DNA of 64,000 nt from an uncultured Candidatus Rokubacteria bacterium (GCA_963758635.1 CAVWWD010000005.1:512001-576000); one strand, 5' to 3'. Positions 9,733 to 19,696 are shown, counted from the first letter of the stretch. The notes: a model not told the origin generated them from the sequence alone. Numbers and translations: made by a program.

Positions 9733-9953
9733 TTGGGACCCTCCCGGCGAAAGCGCGGCTCCACGAGACCCGCCAAACCCGCGTGCATCCTAGCACGGCC
9801 CGGCGCCACCGCCCGTCCACACGGTGGCGCGTTGCGATGCACCGGGCGACGCCGTTCGCCGACGAGATGGACCGGCGCGAGCTCCGGCGCGTGACGACGC
9901 TGGACCTGCCCGATCCCGTTCCCGCCTGACCGCCGTCCGGCGGCGGGCCCGCG

Positions 9954-10298
9954 TCAGCGGGAGAAGATGCGGGCCTTGATCCGCGGCGGGACCCACCGGG
10001 AGAGCCGGTGGGCGACGCGGGCGGTGGCCTCGAGGGAGCTCGGGCTGCCCGGCCAGTAACGGAGCAGGATCGAGCGGTCCACGAGGCCCAGGACCCCGTC
10101 CAGCACGACCGCGGCCAGCAGCAGGTCGTCCACGTACCCCAGGAACGGGATCAGATCCGGGATGAGATCGATCGGGCTCGCCAGGTAGAGGGCGAGCGCG
10201 CCCAGCGCCACCTTCGCCGCACTCGGCACATCGGGGTCGCGCACGATCGCCGCCACCATCCGCGCCAGGCGCGGAACGAGCAGCGCCAGGTCCTTCAC
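9954..10298 (-). CDS. YkvA/DUF1232 family membrane protein
   Basis: YLASPIDLIPDLIPFLGYVDD motif. Confidence 0.88.
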   Translation of the reverse strand: MKDLALLVPRLARMVAAIVRDPDVPSAAKVALGALALYLASPIDLIPDLIPFLGYVDDLLLAAVVLDGVLGLVDRSILLRYWPGSPSSLEATARVAHRLSRWVPPRIKARIFSR

Positions 10299-10303
10299 CA
10301 GCG

Positions 10304-12331
10304 TCAGGCGTGCGATCGCGGAGCCTCCGGCTCGAGGCCGTCGGCCAGGAGCTCGGCGATGTCGCGGGTCTTGATGCGGTCGCCCACGTCCTTGGCCTTC
10401 ACGCCGTCCTCGAACATGGTCAGGCAGAACGGGCAGGCCGAGGCGAGCACCTCCGGGTTCACCGCCATCGCCTGCTCCACCCGGACCTGGTTGACCCGGC
10501 GCCCCTCCGTCTCCTCCATCCACGCGCGCCCGCCGCCACCGCCGCAGCACATGCCGCGCGAGCGCGACAGCTCCATCTCGACCATCTCGGGCCGGCCGAT
10601 CGAGGCGATCACGCGGCGCGGCTGGTCGTAGATGTCGTTGTAGCGCCCGAGGTTGCACGCGTCGTGGTACGTCACCCGCCGCGCGCCCTCGCGCACCGGG
10701 CGGAGCCGGCCCGACGCCACCAGCTCGTCCAGCAGCTCGCTGTGGTGGATCACGGCGAAGCGGCCGTCGAAGTCCGGGTACTCGTTCTTGATGGTGTTGA
10801 AGCAGTGCGGGCAGGCCGTCACGATCTTCTGGAACCGGTACTGCTTGAGGGTCTCCACGTTGCCCTGGGCGAGCGTCTGGTAGAGGTACTCGTGGCCGAG
10901 GCGCCGCGCCGGCTCGCCCGAGCACTTCTCCTCGTTGCCGAGGATCGCGAAGTCCACGCCCGCGGCCTGCAAGAGCTTGACGAACGCCCGCGCGACCTTG
11001 CGGTTCCGCTCGTCGAACGAGCCGTAGCAGCCCACCCAGTAGAGGTACTCCGCCTCCGCCACGTCGGCCATGACGCGCACGCCGAGGTCGGCGGCCCAGT
11101 CCGCGCGCGTCTGCCACGCCATCGAGAAGGGGCTGCCGTTGTTCTCGAGGTTGCGGAACGTGGGGGCCAGCTCCGCGGGGAAGCGGGACTCGGTGAGGAC
11201 CAGCCAGCGCCGCATGTCGACGATCTTCGGCACGTGCTCGATGAAGACGGGGCAGGCCTCCACGCACCAGCGGCACATGGTGCAGGCCCAGAGCACGTTG
11301 TCCTTGATGACCCCGCCGACCATCGGCGCGGCGTGCCCGTTGCCCGCCTGGCCCTGGGCGGGCGCCGCGGCGCGGTGGGCCGCGCCCTCCAGGAGGTAGT
11401 CCTGGAGGTTCAGGATGAGCATCTTCGGGTCGAGCTCCTTGCCGCTCATGTTGGCCGGGCACCGCGAGGTGCACCGGCCGCATTCCGTGCAGTTGTAGAG
11501 GTCGAACAGGTCCTTCCAGGTGAGGTCGCTCAGCGCCCCGGCGCCGAACGTCTCGGAGTTCTCGAGGTCCGGCGTGGAGAACCGGCCCTTGGGCGGCAAG
11601 GGCGCGAAGAACACGTTGAACGGCGCGGCGAGCACGTGCAGGTGCTTCGAGTACGGCAGCCAGACGAGGAAGCCCAGCAGCAGGGCCCCGTGCAGCCACC
11701 ACGAGACGTGGAAGACACCGGTCAGCGCCACCGGCGAGAGCGCCGCGAACAGGCGGGCGAGCGCGCTGGCCGCGAAGGCCCAGTGGTCGTGGGGGGCGGG
11801 GGCCAGCGCGATCCGGCCGGCGTCCGCGGCGAGGTCCGTGACCATGAGGCCGAAGATGAGAGCCAGGATGAACAGGCCCTCGGGCGTGAGCGTGAGCCGC
11901 CGCGGGCGCGTGACCAGCCGGCGGAACGCCGCGTACCCGACGGCCAGGATCACGGCCACGCTGAAGACGTCCTGGAGGATCAGGTAGCCGGGGGTGTCGG
12001 ACAGGAACGGCAGCCCGAACCACTCGACGAAGCCGCGGCCGAAGTACTCGACGGTGCCGAGGGTGAGGACGATGAAGCCCCAGAAGATCACCGCGTGCAT
12101 GACCCCGGGCGCGAAATCGCCGCTGATCAGCCGGAGCTGCCCGAGCACGTACACCATCACGCCGCGCAGGCGCGCGGGCACGGCGTCCCAGCGCACGGTG
12201 GGCTTGCCCGTCAGCAGGAGCCGGACGAGATACGCGGCGCGCCGCGCGAACAGCGCCAGGGCCACGACGATCATCGCGAGGAAGATCAGCTGGCCAGGAA
12301 CGATCCCGTACCACTGATGGGATGGCAACAT
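10304..12331 (-). CDS. Membrane Fe-S oxidoreductase (FadF/HdrD-like; TM region, 2x4Fe-4S, two CCG domains)
   Basis: CTECGRCTSRCP, CTMCRWCVEACP, YWVGC, TACPHC, YHDAC, CCGGGGG, ACPFC. Confidence 0.92.
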   Translation of the reverse strand: MLPSHQWYGIVPGQLIFLAMIVVALALFARRAAYLVRLLLTGKPTVRWDAVPARLRGVMVYVLGQLRLISGDFAPGVMHAVIFWGFIVLTLGTVEYFGRGFVEWFGLPFLSDTPGYLILQDVFSVAVILAVGYAAFRRLVTRPRRLTLTPEGLFILALIFGLMVTDLAADAGRIALAPAPHDHWAFAASALARLFAALSPVALTGVFHVSWWLHGALLLGFLVWLPYSKHLHVLAAPFNVFFAPLPPKGRFSTPDLENSETFGAGALSDLTWKDLFDLYNCTECGRCTSRCPANMSGKELDPKMLILNLQDYLLEGAAHRAAAPAQGQAGNGHAAPMVGGVIKDNVLWACTMCRWCVEACPVFIEHVPKIVDMRRWLVLTESRFPAELAPTFRNLENNGSPFSMAWQTRADWAADLGVRVMADVAEAEYLYWVGCYGSFDERNRKVARAFVKLLQAAGVDFAILGNEEKCSGEPARRLGHEYLYQTLAQGNVETLKQYRFQKIVTACPHCFNTIKNEYPDFDGRFAVIHHSELLDELVASGRLRPVREGARRVTYHDACNLGRYNDIYDQPRRVIASIGRPEMVEMELSRSRGMCCGGGGGRAWMEETEGRRVNQVRVEQAMAVNPEVLASACPFCLTMFEDGVKAKDVGDRIKTRDIAELLADGLEPEAPRSHA

Positions 12332-12349
12332 TCAGGTCCTCTGTCGAAA

Positions 12350-12444
12350 TCGTGAATGAATGGCGCAATGGCACGCCGCGTGTCCGCAGAAGCGCCGTGT
12401 TTGCCCGCTCGCTGAAGCCGAACTCCGCATTCCTTTCACGACCT
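12350..12444 (+). repeat. Repeat family A copy 2
   Basis: CGTGAATGAATGGCG...CGCAGAAGCG...GCATTCCTTTCACGACC. Confidence 0.9.
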
Positions 12445-12631
12445 CTACCGGAGAAGTGCGTGCAAGGTCACGAGATCCTCGCCGGTCTCGCCGTACATTG
12501 GCCTCGCCCCTGGAGAATGTCAAGACCGCGGGGGGTGCTGCGGCGGGGGCGCGGCGGCGCGCGCGCCGCGGAGCGCGCCACCGGGACCGGGGCGAGGCCG
12601 GCAGACGCGCCGGCCCCGCCCCGCCGGCTAC

Positions 12632-12707
12632 TGACCCTCGAAGAATTCGGTAACCGCCACGGACCTCTACAGTCCCACCGATCGGCCCTCGTCTGATGCG
12701 CGGGGCT
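12632..12707 (+). repeat. Repeat family B copy (~80 nt)
   Basis: TGACCCTCG...GGTAACCGCCACGG.CCTCTACAGTCCCACCG...GTCTGATGCGCGGGGCT; abuts YceI stop. Confidence 0.9.
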
Positions 12708-13355
12708 CTACTGTCGGACGAAGGTGAGGTCCGTCTCGAGCTGGATGTCGTTGGCCACCTTCAGGAACAGGAGCTGCGGGATCTGCATGCCGTGGTTCGT
12801 GAAGGTCGTGCCGAGCTTCGCGCGCACCTTGATGTTCTCGCCCGCGAACCCGAAGCGCTTCTGCCCCTCCACCTGCTCGGGCGTGAGCTTGATGTAGGTC
12901 ACGGTGGCGTCGGCCACGATGTCGACGGGCTTCTGCTTGATCGTGAGCGTCCCGCGCACCTTCGCCGGCGTGTCCTTCCCGGGCTGGAGCGGGCCCGCGA
13001 TGTCCACGCCCTTGACGTCGAACACGGCCCAGCGGTTGGCCTCCACCTCGGTGTCGAGGTAGTTCTTCGAGCGCATGTCGGCGTCGCGACGCTCGATCCC
13101 CGTCTTCACGGCGTTCAGGTCGACGCGCACCGTGCCCTTGGCGTCCTGCGGGCGGGCCGGGTCCAGGGTGATCGATCCCTGGACGCCGTCGGCCGCGGTG
13201 TTGCCGACGAACGTCTCGAGCGGCGCGTCGGACTTGAAGGTCGCCCGCGAGTAGTTGGGGAGGAGCTTGTAGGGGGCGGTGTCGGCGGCGACCGGCATGG
13301 GGGCCGCGGCCGCGACCACCGTCATCGAGACCACCAGGCAGAGCGTTCGCATCAT
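12708..13355 (-). CDS. YceI family lipid/polyisoprenoid-binding protein
   Basis: Signal peptide, KTGIERRDADMRSKNYLD, GTLTIK; GGAGGA SD. Confidence 0.85.
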   Translation of the reverse strand: MMRTLCLVVSMTVVAAAAPMPVAADTAPYKLLPNYSRATFKSDAPLETFVGNTAADGVQGSITLDPARPQDAKGTVRVDLNAVKTGIERRDADMRSKNYLDTEVEANRWAVFDVKGVDIAGPLQPGKDTPAKVRGTLTIKQKPVDIVADATVTYIKLTPEQVEGQKRFGFAGENIKVRAKLGTTFTNHGMQIPQLLFLKVANDIQLETDLTFVRQ

Positions 13356-13442
13356 CGTTTCCTCCTCCGATTGGACGGGAACGTCACGCCCGGGCCGCCG
13401 CGAGGACACGCGCGGCGCTCCGGCGACCCGGGCGCGTGTGCC

Positions 13443-13928
13443 TTACCGCTGCTGGGGCGGCGGGACGCGGAACGGCGTGTGGCACGCCCCGCAGGCGTTG
13501 CGTCCGAAGTTCTGCATGGCCGCCTGCACGGCCGCCTGATCCTTGCTGCGGGCCGCGTCGCGGAGCTTCTCGGACTCGACCACCATCGCCCTGGACGCGG
13601 CCTCGAACTCCGGCCACTTCTGCCAGATCTCCGGCTTGGCCTTCGACTTCTCGGTAAGCGAGCCCTGCGGGAACATCGACGGGATGTGCTGCGCGTTGAT
13701 CGCCATCGTCTCGGCGTTCACCGCGATGGCTTCGAAGTTGCCGGCCTTGCCCTTCGCCTGGGCGTCCGCCCAGCTCGCGCCGTTCAGCTTCATCAAGCGC
13801 TGGCGATCGGCCACGATGTCGCCCGACCCGACCATGGCCGTCTTCTTCTCGCCGCCCGCGCATCCGGCCAGCGCGACGGCGATCAAACCGCAGAGCACCA
13901 CGCCTCGGCGAACCGCTGGCTGTCTCAT
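13443..13928 (-). CDS. Class II cytochrome c (c'/c556-like), lipoprotein
   Basis: RQRLMK, FPQGS, AKPEIWQKWPEF, C-terminal CGACH; lipobox LAGC. Confidence 0.9.
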   Translation of the reverse strand: MRQPAVRRGVVLCGLIAVALAGCAGGEKKTAMVGSGDIVADRQRLMKLNGASWADAQAKGKAGNFEAIAVNAETMAINAQHIPSMFPQGSLTEKSKAKPEIWQKWPEFEAASRAMVVESEKLRDAARSKDQAAVQAAMQNFGRNACGACHTPFRVPPPQQR

Positions 13929-13963
13929 GTCCCCTCCCCTGTGAGAGTGCACTGCACGGGTTG

Positions 13964-14845
13964 TCACTTCCCGATCTTGTTCTTCACCGGCGGGATCGAC
14001 TTCAGGTAGTGGGCGATGGCGAGCAGGTCGGCCTTCGTCATGTCCTTGTACCCGGCCGTCGTGCCGTTGATGACCTCGCCCATCAGGCCTCCCGACACGT
14101 CGCCGTCGGGCTTGTTGCCGGTCTTCAGGTACTCGGCGATCTGGTCGACCGTCCACGTGAGGCCGGTCTCCTTGTCCGGGGTGATGTTCGGCACCTCGGA
14201 GTCCTCGGGGCCCTTGGCGTTGCCGGCGAGGAAGCGGGAGTTGTCCGTGGCCATCGTCATGGTCCGCGGGGTGTGACACTCGCCGCAGTGTCCCACCGCC
14301 CGCACCAGGTACTCGCCGCGGGCCACGCCGGTGGCGGGCGCGGTGGGCGGCGGCGTCTCGCGGGGGGCGAAGGCGGCGAGCCAGGCGGGGAGGAACACGC
14401 TCTCGAAGAGCGGCACCGTGATCCGCTTCGGCTGGTTCTGCCGCTTCACCGCCGGCAGCGTGCGCAGGTACGCGGTGACCGCCTTGAGGTCCTCGGCGGC
14501 CATCCCGTTGAAGACGGTGTACGGGTGCACGGGGAGGATCCGGTCGCCGTTCGGCCGGCGGCCGGCCCGGATGGCCGTGATGATCTGGTCGTCCGTCCAG
14601 GAGCCGATCCCGGTCTCCCGGTCGGGCGTGATGTTGGTCGCGTAGACGGTGCCGAAGGGGCCGTCGTACCGGCGGCCGCCGGCGTTGACGGCATCCTTGG
14701 GCTTCGTGTGGCAGCCGCAGCCCCCGGTGGCGCCGAAGACGTACTTGCCGCGCGCGAGCTCGGCGGCCGACGGGGCCTGCGCCCAGGCCGGGGCGGCGAG
14801 GGCGATGACGGAGAGGGCCAGCAGTGCTCCGGCGGCGGATCGCAT
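13964..14845 (-). CDS. Diheme cytochrome c
   Basis: RGKY..GCGCHT, NITPDRETGIGSW, RGEYL..HCGECHTPR, NITPD repeat. Confidence 0.9.
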   Translation of the reverse strand: MRSAAGALLALSVIALAAPAWAQAPSAAELARGKYVFGATGGCGCHTKPKDAVNAGGRRYDGPFGTVYATNITPDRETGIGSWTDDQIITAIRAGRRPNGDRILPVHPYTVFNGMAAEDLKAVTAYLRTLPAVKRQNQPKRITVPLFESVFLPAWLAAFAPRETPPPTAPATGVARGEYLVRAVGHCGECHTPRTMTMATDNSRFLAGNAKGPEDSEVPNITPDKETGLTWTVDQIAEYLKTGNKPDGDVSGGLMGEVINGTTAGYKDMTKADLLAIAHYLKSIPPVKNKIGK

Positions 14846-14895
14846 ACGACCGTTACCAGAACCTCCGGGAGGGCGGATCGGTTCCCCAGCCGGGC

Positions 14896-15375
14896 CTAGC
14901 TTCGCCCGCCGGATGGGGCAGCCTGCAGAGGCGCCTCCATGACGAGGGCATCCTCCCCGGTGTCGAAGTAGTACCCCTTGCGCCGGCCGATGACGCGGAA
15001 GCCGAGGCTCTCGTAGAGCTTGAGGGCCTCCTCGTTGGTGGGGCGCACCTCGAGGAAGACCATGTCGAGCGTCCGGCTGCGGGCGTCCTCGAGGACGCTG
15101 CCCAGGAGCAGCCGGGCCAGCCCGCGGCGGCGACGGGCGGGATCGACGGCGAGGTTCGTGATGTGGACCTCCCGGCCGATCTCCCAGAGGCAGAGGTAGC
15201 CGGAGAGGACGCGCCCCTCGCGCACGACGAGGCACCGGGCCACGCGGTTCTGGGTGAGCTCGTAGCGGAACGCGCCGCGGGACCACGGCGTCTGGAACGA
15301 GAGCCGCTCGATGGCGAGCACCTCGTCGAGGTCGTCGACGGCCATCGGGTCGATGACCGGGGCCACCTCAGCCAC
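14896..15375 (-). CDS. rimI: Ribosomal protein alanine N-acetyltransferase
   Basis: HITNLAV, RRRGLA, LEVRPTN, RKGYY..EDALVM; follows tsaB. Confidence 0.93.
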   Translation of the reverse strand: MAEVAPVIDPMAVDDLDEVLAIERLSFQTPWSRGAFRYELTQNRVARCLVVREGRVLSGYLCLWEIGREVHITNLAVDPARRRRGLARLLLGSVLEDARSRTLDMVFLEVRPTNEEALKLYESLGFRVIGRRKGYYFDTGEDALVMEAPLQAAPSGGRS

Positions 15376-16051
15376 GACGCGCCTTGAGCTCGGCCTCGGA
15401 GGGCCGGAGGTAGAACGGGGTGAGGGCGGAGGCGGCGACCGCTCGCCCGGCCTCGAGCAGGGCGCGGCCGAGCTGGCCCACCGCGGCGGGCGAAGGCAGC
15501 CGCTGCGCCGGGGGCGCGATCCGCACGGAGTCGCCGCGCGACTCGAGATACGGTCGGCACGACGTCACGCCGTCGCCCAGCACGATCACCGGCTCGGGGA
15601 GCCGCGCCGCCGCGATCTCCGGCGGCAGGGCCTCGTACTCCCACTCGCGCACCATGCGGTCGCGGCGCCACCGGTATAGGCAGCAGTAGACCTCGCCCTT
15701 GCGCGCGTCGAGGAGCGGACAGACTGGCGCGTCGGCGAACGGCAGGATGGCGGCGAGCGCGTCGAGCGTGGGCACGGGCGCGACGGGCAGCCCGAGCGTG
15801 ACGGCCAGGCCCTTGGCGGTGGCGATGCCCACGCGGAGCCCGGTGAACGACCCCGGCCCGACCGACACCGCGAGGCCCTCGAGGTCCTTCACGGTCCACC
15901 CGGCATCGCCGAGCAGGCGGTCGACCGCGACCATCAGCCGCTCGGAGTGGGTGAGCGCGATGTTCGTGCGGCTCTCGCCGACCACGACGTCGCCGTCCAG
16001 GAGCGCCGCGCCACCCGCCAGGGTCGCGCTCTCGAGCGCCAGGATGCGCAT
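15368..16051 (-). CDS. tsaB: t6A biosynthesis protein TsaB
   Basis: MRILALES, HSERL, VGPGSFTGLRVG, LDARKGEVY, PFYLR. Confidence 0.95.
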   Translation of the reverse strand: MRILALESATLAGGAALLDGDVVVGESRTNIALTHSERLMVAVDRLLGDAGWTVKDLEGLAVSVGPGSFTGLRVGIATAKGLAVTLGLPVAPVPTLDALAAILPFADAPVCPLLDARKGEVYCCLYRWRRDRMVREWEYEALPPEIAAARLPEPVIVLGDGVTSCRPYLESRGDSVRIAPPAQRLPSPAAVGQLGRALLEAGRAVAASALTPFYLRPSEAELKARRG

Positions 16052-16190
16052 GGCGGCGCTCAGTGTATCACGCGGGTCCCGGCGCGACGCGTCGGGCATC
16101 TTTCGAGTTGACAACTCCGCGGGCCCGCCGCCATGCTGGCCTCGCGCGACGCCCTCGCCGACCCGCGCGACCACCGACGCAGGAGGTGTC

Positions 16191-16868
16191 ATGGCTCCCC
16201 CAGCCCGCAAGGACACGCTCGTGGATACCGAGGTGCGCGAGAAGATCCACCTCGAGATCCTCAAGCGGACCGGCGCCTACCACGCCAACGACCACATCCT
16301 CCTCCCTTCCGGCCAGCACACGAGCGAGTACATCGAGAAGACCCTGGTGACGACCGAGCCGTCGTTCACCGAGGGGCTCGGCGCGGTCATCGCCAAGCAC
16401 TTCGCGCCGTGGCCGATCAACGTCGTCCTGTCCACGGGGCCGGGGGCGCTGATCCTCTCGCATTGCGTGGCGCGCGCGCACCCGTCGCGGCCCACCGTGA
16501 TGTACGGCACGAAGGGCGTGAGCGGTGGCCGCCGGCGCGTGACGCTTCCCGTGGAGTTCCACCGGCTGATCCGGCCCACCTCGAAGGTCCTCGTCGTGGA
16601 GGACCTGGTGAGCTCGGGGCAGACCGTGCGGCTCCTCTCCGAGCTCGTCGAGGGCCTGGGCGGACAGGTCATGGGCATCGGCGCCCTCTGGCGCCGCACG
16701 CGCAAGACCGAGATCGACGGCAAGCCCATCTTCAGCCTCGTGAGCCGCGACTTCCCCACCTACCCGCCGGACGCGTGCCCGCTGTGCAAGAAGGGCGTTG
16801 CCCTCAACGAGGAGTTCGTGAAGCGCCGCGAGCATCGCAAGGGCTCCTCGGCCCACGAGACGAGCTGA
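16191..16868 (+). CDS. Orotate phosphoribosyltransferase-like PRTase
   Basis: HILLPSGQHT.EYIEK, VLVVEDLVSSGQT PRPP motif, C-terminal CPLC; AGGAGGT SD. Confidence 0.75.
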   Translation: MAPPARKDTLVDTEVREKIHLEILKRTGAYHANDHILLPSGQHTSEYIEKTLVTTEPSFTEGLGAVIAKHFAPWPINVVLSTGPGALILSHCVARAHPSRPTVMYGTKGVSGGRRRVTLPVEFHRLIRPTSKVLVVEDLVSSGQTVRLLSELVEGLGGQVMGIGALWRRTRKTEIDGKPIFSLVSRDFPTYPPDACPLCKKGVALNEEFVKRREHRKGSSAHETS

Positions 16869-16930
16869 CTCCCGACCCCCACATCTTGAGTCCCCGAGGG
16901 CTCAGGAACCCCGCCGAAGGTATTTTCTCC

Positions 16931-16960
16931 TTGACACGCCTCCGCGCCGCCTCGTAGAGT
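16931..16960 (+). promoter_or_regulatory. Sigma70-type promoter
   Basis: TTGACA-18 nt-TAGAGT upstream of the 12-aa ORF. Confidence 0.65.
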
Positions 16961-17013
16961 CCGGATCAATCCAGAACCGCCGGACGCGCGGGGATCGGGA
17001 GGGGGGTGACATC

Positions 17014-17052
17014 ATGGCGAAGAAGAAGGCCGCCAAGAAGAAGAAGAAGTAA
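17014..17052 (+). CDS. 12-aa Lys-rich micropeptide MAKKKAAKKKKK
   Basis: ATG..TAA, SD-like GGAGGGGGGTGA upstream, own promoter, all Lys as AAG. Confidence 0.6.
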   Translation: MAKKKAAKKKKK

Positions 17053-17279
17053 GGCGCCCCCTTTGGCGCTCGGCCCTGTCGGCCCCATCCCGGCAGGGCC
17101 GCACCATCTCCGGACCCCCCCCGGAACACATCGCATCGACGACCACGCTACCGAACCCGAAGGTCCGACGCACCGGCCAAGACGTCTCTCACATGAGCCG
17201 TCTCCCCGTGCCGACGAGCTCTCGATCGAACGCCAAGCGCTCGCGTAGAGCAGATGGCTTCGATGCTACGAAGACCGCG

Positions 17280-17383
17280 GGTGCGGGCGGGCGAAGCCCG
17301 GGTGCCCGCACCTGGTGAGGCAGGGAGGAGCGCGCCGTCAGGCGCGCGACGACCGTCGGAAGGGGGGCGCAGCCCCCCTCCGA
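17280..17383. repeat. REP-like hairpin cluster (family C copy plus two further hairpins)
   Basis: 17280-17318 matches reverse complement of 24761-24799 at 38/39; TCGGAAGGGGGGCGCAGCCCCCCTCCGA at 17356-17383. Confidence 0.8.
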
Positions 17384-17385
17384 GC

Positions 17386-17886
17386 TCACCGTCGGGCGGG
17401 GACCTTCGCGGGCTTGGCGGACTTGCCCTTGTCGCCGTCCTTGAGCAGGCCCTTCACCTCGTCCATGAACTGGTTGATGTCCTTGAACTGCCGGTAGACG
17501 GAGGCGAAGCGCACGTAGGCGACCTGGTCGAGCTTCTGCAGGTGCTCCATCACGAGCTCGCCCAGCTCCTTGCTCGTGATCTCCTTCTCGGCGCGCTCGT
17601 GCAGGCGTCCCTCGATCTCGCCGACGACGTCGTCGACCGCGGGGACGCCGACCGAGCGCTTCTCGCAGGCCTTGAGGATGGAGCCGCGGAGCTTCTGACG
17701 GTCGAACGGCTCGCGCCGCCCGTCGCGCTTGACCACGTGCGGCAGGACGTCCTCGATGTACTCGTACGTGGTGTACCGGCGATGGCACTTCAGGCACTCG
17801 CGGCGCCGCCGGATGAACTCCCCTTCGCGGCCGACCCGCGAGTCGACCACCCGATCCTCGGTGTGGCCACAGAACGGGCACCTCAC
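17386..17886 (-). CDS. nrdR: Transcriptional repressor NrdR
   Basis: [19 protein letters not shown]n ribbon, ATP cone, [10 protein letters not shown]. Confidence 0.97.
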   Translation of the reverse strand: MRCPFCGHTEDRVVDSRVGREGEFIRRRRECLKCHRRYTTYEYIEDVLPHVVKRDGRREPFDRQKLRGSILKACEKRSVGVPAVDDVVGEIEGRLHERAEKEITSKELGELVMEHLQKLDQVAYVRFASVYRQFKDINQFMDEVKGLLKDGDKGKSAKPAKVPARR

Positions 17887-19136
17887 CGCAGGTGCTCCGC
17901 GTAGAGCGGGAAGCGTCCGGTGAGCTCCTGGACCTGCGTCTGCGCCACCGACTCGGTCGCGGCGTTGCCGAGGTCCCCGAGCACGCGATCGATGAGCGCG
18001 GCGATTTCCCCCATCTCCGCCTCTTTCATCCCGCGCGTGGTGACGGCGGGCGTGCCGATCCGGATGCCGCTCGTGACGGTGGGGCCCTTGGTGTCGAACG
18101 GGATCCCGTTCTTGTTCACGGTGATCCAGGCGCGGTCGAGCGCCTCCTGCGCGTCCTTGCCGGTGATGCCGCGGGGCGTGAGGTCGACGAGGATGAGGTG
18201 CGTGTCGGTCCCGCCGGACACGAGGCGGAACCCGCGGCCCATGAGGGCATCGGCGAGGGCGCGCGCGTTGTTGACGATCTGCTGCTGGTAGGCGCGCCAC
18301 TCGGGGGTCTGCGCCTCGCGGAACGCCACCGCCTTGGCCGCGATGACGTGCATGAGGGGCCCGCCCTGGATGCCGGGCAGCACCACCCGGTCCAGCGCGC
18401 TGGCGTGCGCGGCCCGGCACATGACCATGCCGCCGCGCGGGCCGCGCAGCGTCTTGTGCGTGGTGGTCGTGACGAAGTCGGCGTGGGGCACCGGCGAGGG
18501 ATGGAGCCCCGCCGCCACCAGGCCCGCGGGGTGCGCGATGTCGGCCATCAGGGCCGCGCCCACCTCGTCCGCGATCTGCCGGAACGGAACGAAGTCGATG
18601 GCGCGCGGGAAGGCCGACCCGCCGGCGATGATCAGCTTCGGCCGATGCTCGCGGGCGAGGTCGCGCACCTGGTCCAGGTCGATCAGCTCGGTGTCCTTGC
18701 GAACGCCGTACGGCACGATCCGGTAGAGCTTGCCCGAGAAGTTCATCGGGCTGCCCGCGGTGAGGTGCCCGCCGTGGGCGAGGTTGGGCCCCAGCACCAC
18801 GTCGCCCGGCTTGAGCAGCGTGAAGTAGACGGCCATGTTGGCCTGCGAGCCGGAGTGCGGCTGCACGTTCACGTGCTCGGCCCCGAAGAGCTGCTTGCCC
18901 CGCGCGATGGCCAGCTCCTCGGCGACGTCGACGACCTCGCAGCCGCCGTAGTAGCGCCGGCCGGGGTAGCCTTCCGCGTACTTGTTGGTGAGCACGGAGC
19001 CGACGGCCTCGAGCACGGCGTCGGACACGAAGTTCTCGGACGCGATCAGCTCGAGGTTGCGCGCCTGGCGCTCCGTCTCCTGGCGGATCGCCTTGGCGAT
19101 CTCGGGATCGACTTGCTCGATGGAGCCGCGGATCAT
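17883..19136 (-). CDS. glyA: Serine hydroxymethyltransferase
   Basis: [31 protein letters not shown]. Confidence 0.98.
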   Translation of the reverse strand: MIRGSIEQVDPEIAKAIRQETERQARNLELIASENFVSDAVLEAVGSVLTNKYAEGYPGRRYYGGCEVVDVAEELAIARGKQLFGAEHVNVQPHSGSQANMAVYFTLLKPGDVVLGPNLAHGGHLTAGSPMNFSGKLYRIVPYGVRKDTELIDLDQVRDLAREHRPKLIIAGGSAFPRAIDFVPFRQIADEVGAALMADIAHPAGLVAAGLHPSPVPHADFVTTTTHKTLRGPRGGMVMCRAAHASALDRVVLPGIQGGPLMHVIAAKAVAFREAQTPEWRAYQQQIVNNARALADALMGRGFRLVSGGTDTHLILVDLTPRGITGKDAQEALDRAWITVNKNGIPFDTKGPTVTSGIRIGTPAVTTRGMKEAEMGEIAALIDRVLGDLGNAATESVAQTQVQELTGRFPLYAEHLR

Positions 19137-19597
19137 GCGCTGCGCCCTCCGCTGAAGCGTCCCTCCAGCTCGGCGATCTTGGCCAGCCGGCGGCGGTGGC
19201 GGTCCCCCTGGAACGCGGTGGCGAGCCAGGTGGCGAGGATCTCCACGGCCGCGTCGGGAGCAAGCAGCCGGCCTCCGAGGGCCAGCACGTTGGCGTCGTT
19301 GTGCTCGCGGCTCATCCGCGCCGTGTAGAGGTCGCCGCAGGTGGCGGCGCGCACGCCGGGGACCTTGTTGGCGGCGATGGCCATGCCGATGCCGGTGCCG
19401 CAGACGAGCACGCCGGTCTCCACCTTGTCCGCCGCGACCGCCTCGGCGACCTGAGCGGCGTAGTCCGGGTAGTCGACGGAGTCGGGAGAGTGGGTGCCGA
19501 AGTCGAGGATCTGGTGGCCCTGATCGATGAGCCAGGCCTTCAGCGCCTCCTTCAGCTCCCAGCCCGCGTGATCGGCGCCGAGCGCGACGGAAGCCAT
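19133..19597 (-). CDS. rpiB: Ribose-5-phosphate isomerase B
   Basis: GADHAG, DYPD, CGTGIG, HNDANVL. Confidence 0.96.
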   Translation of the reverse strand: MASVALGADHAGWELKEALKAWLIDQGHQILDFGTHSPDSVDYPDYAAQVAEAVAADKVETGVLVCGTGIGMAIAANKVPGVRAATCGDLYTARMSREHNDANVLALGGRLLAPDAAVEILATWLATAFQGDRHRRRLAKIAELEGRFSGGRSA

Positions 19598-19606
19598 GGC
19601 GGGCCA

Positions 19607-19656
19607 ACCTTACGCTCTGTCGGGGACGAGTGTCAAGGAGCCCCCACATCTAGTGC
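19607..19656 (-). promoter_or_regulatory. rpiB-glyA-nrdR promoter with NrdR-box-like site
   Basis: Minus strand TTGACA(19636-19631)-18-TAAGGT(19612-19607); CCCCCACATCTAGTGC at 19641-19656. Confidence 0.55.
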
Positions 19657-19696
19657 CGCGAGGGCGGAGCGGCTATCATCGCATCCGGCAAGGAGT

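Noticed and set aside
9837..9929. 30-aa ORF MHRATPFADEMDRRELRRVTTLDLPDPVPA
   Set aside because: No SD, motif or promoter support; cannot be separated from chance
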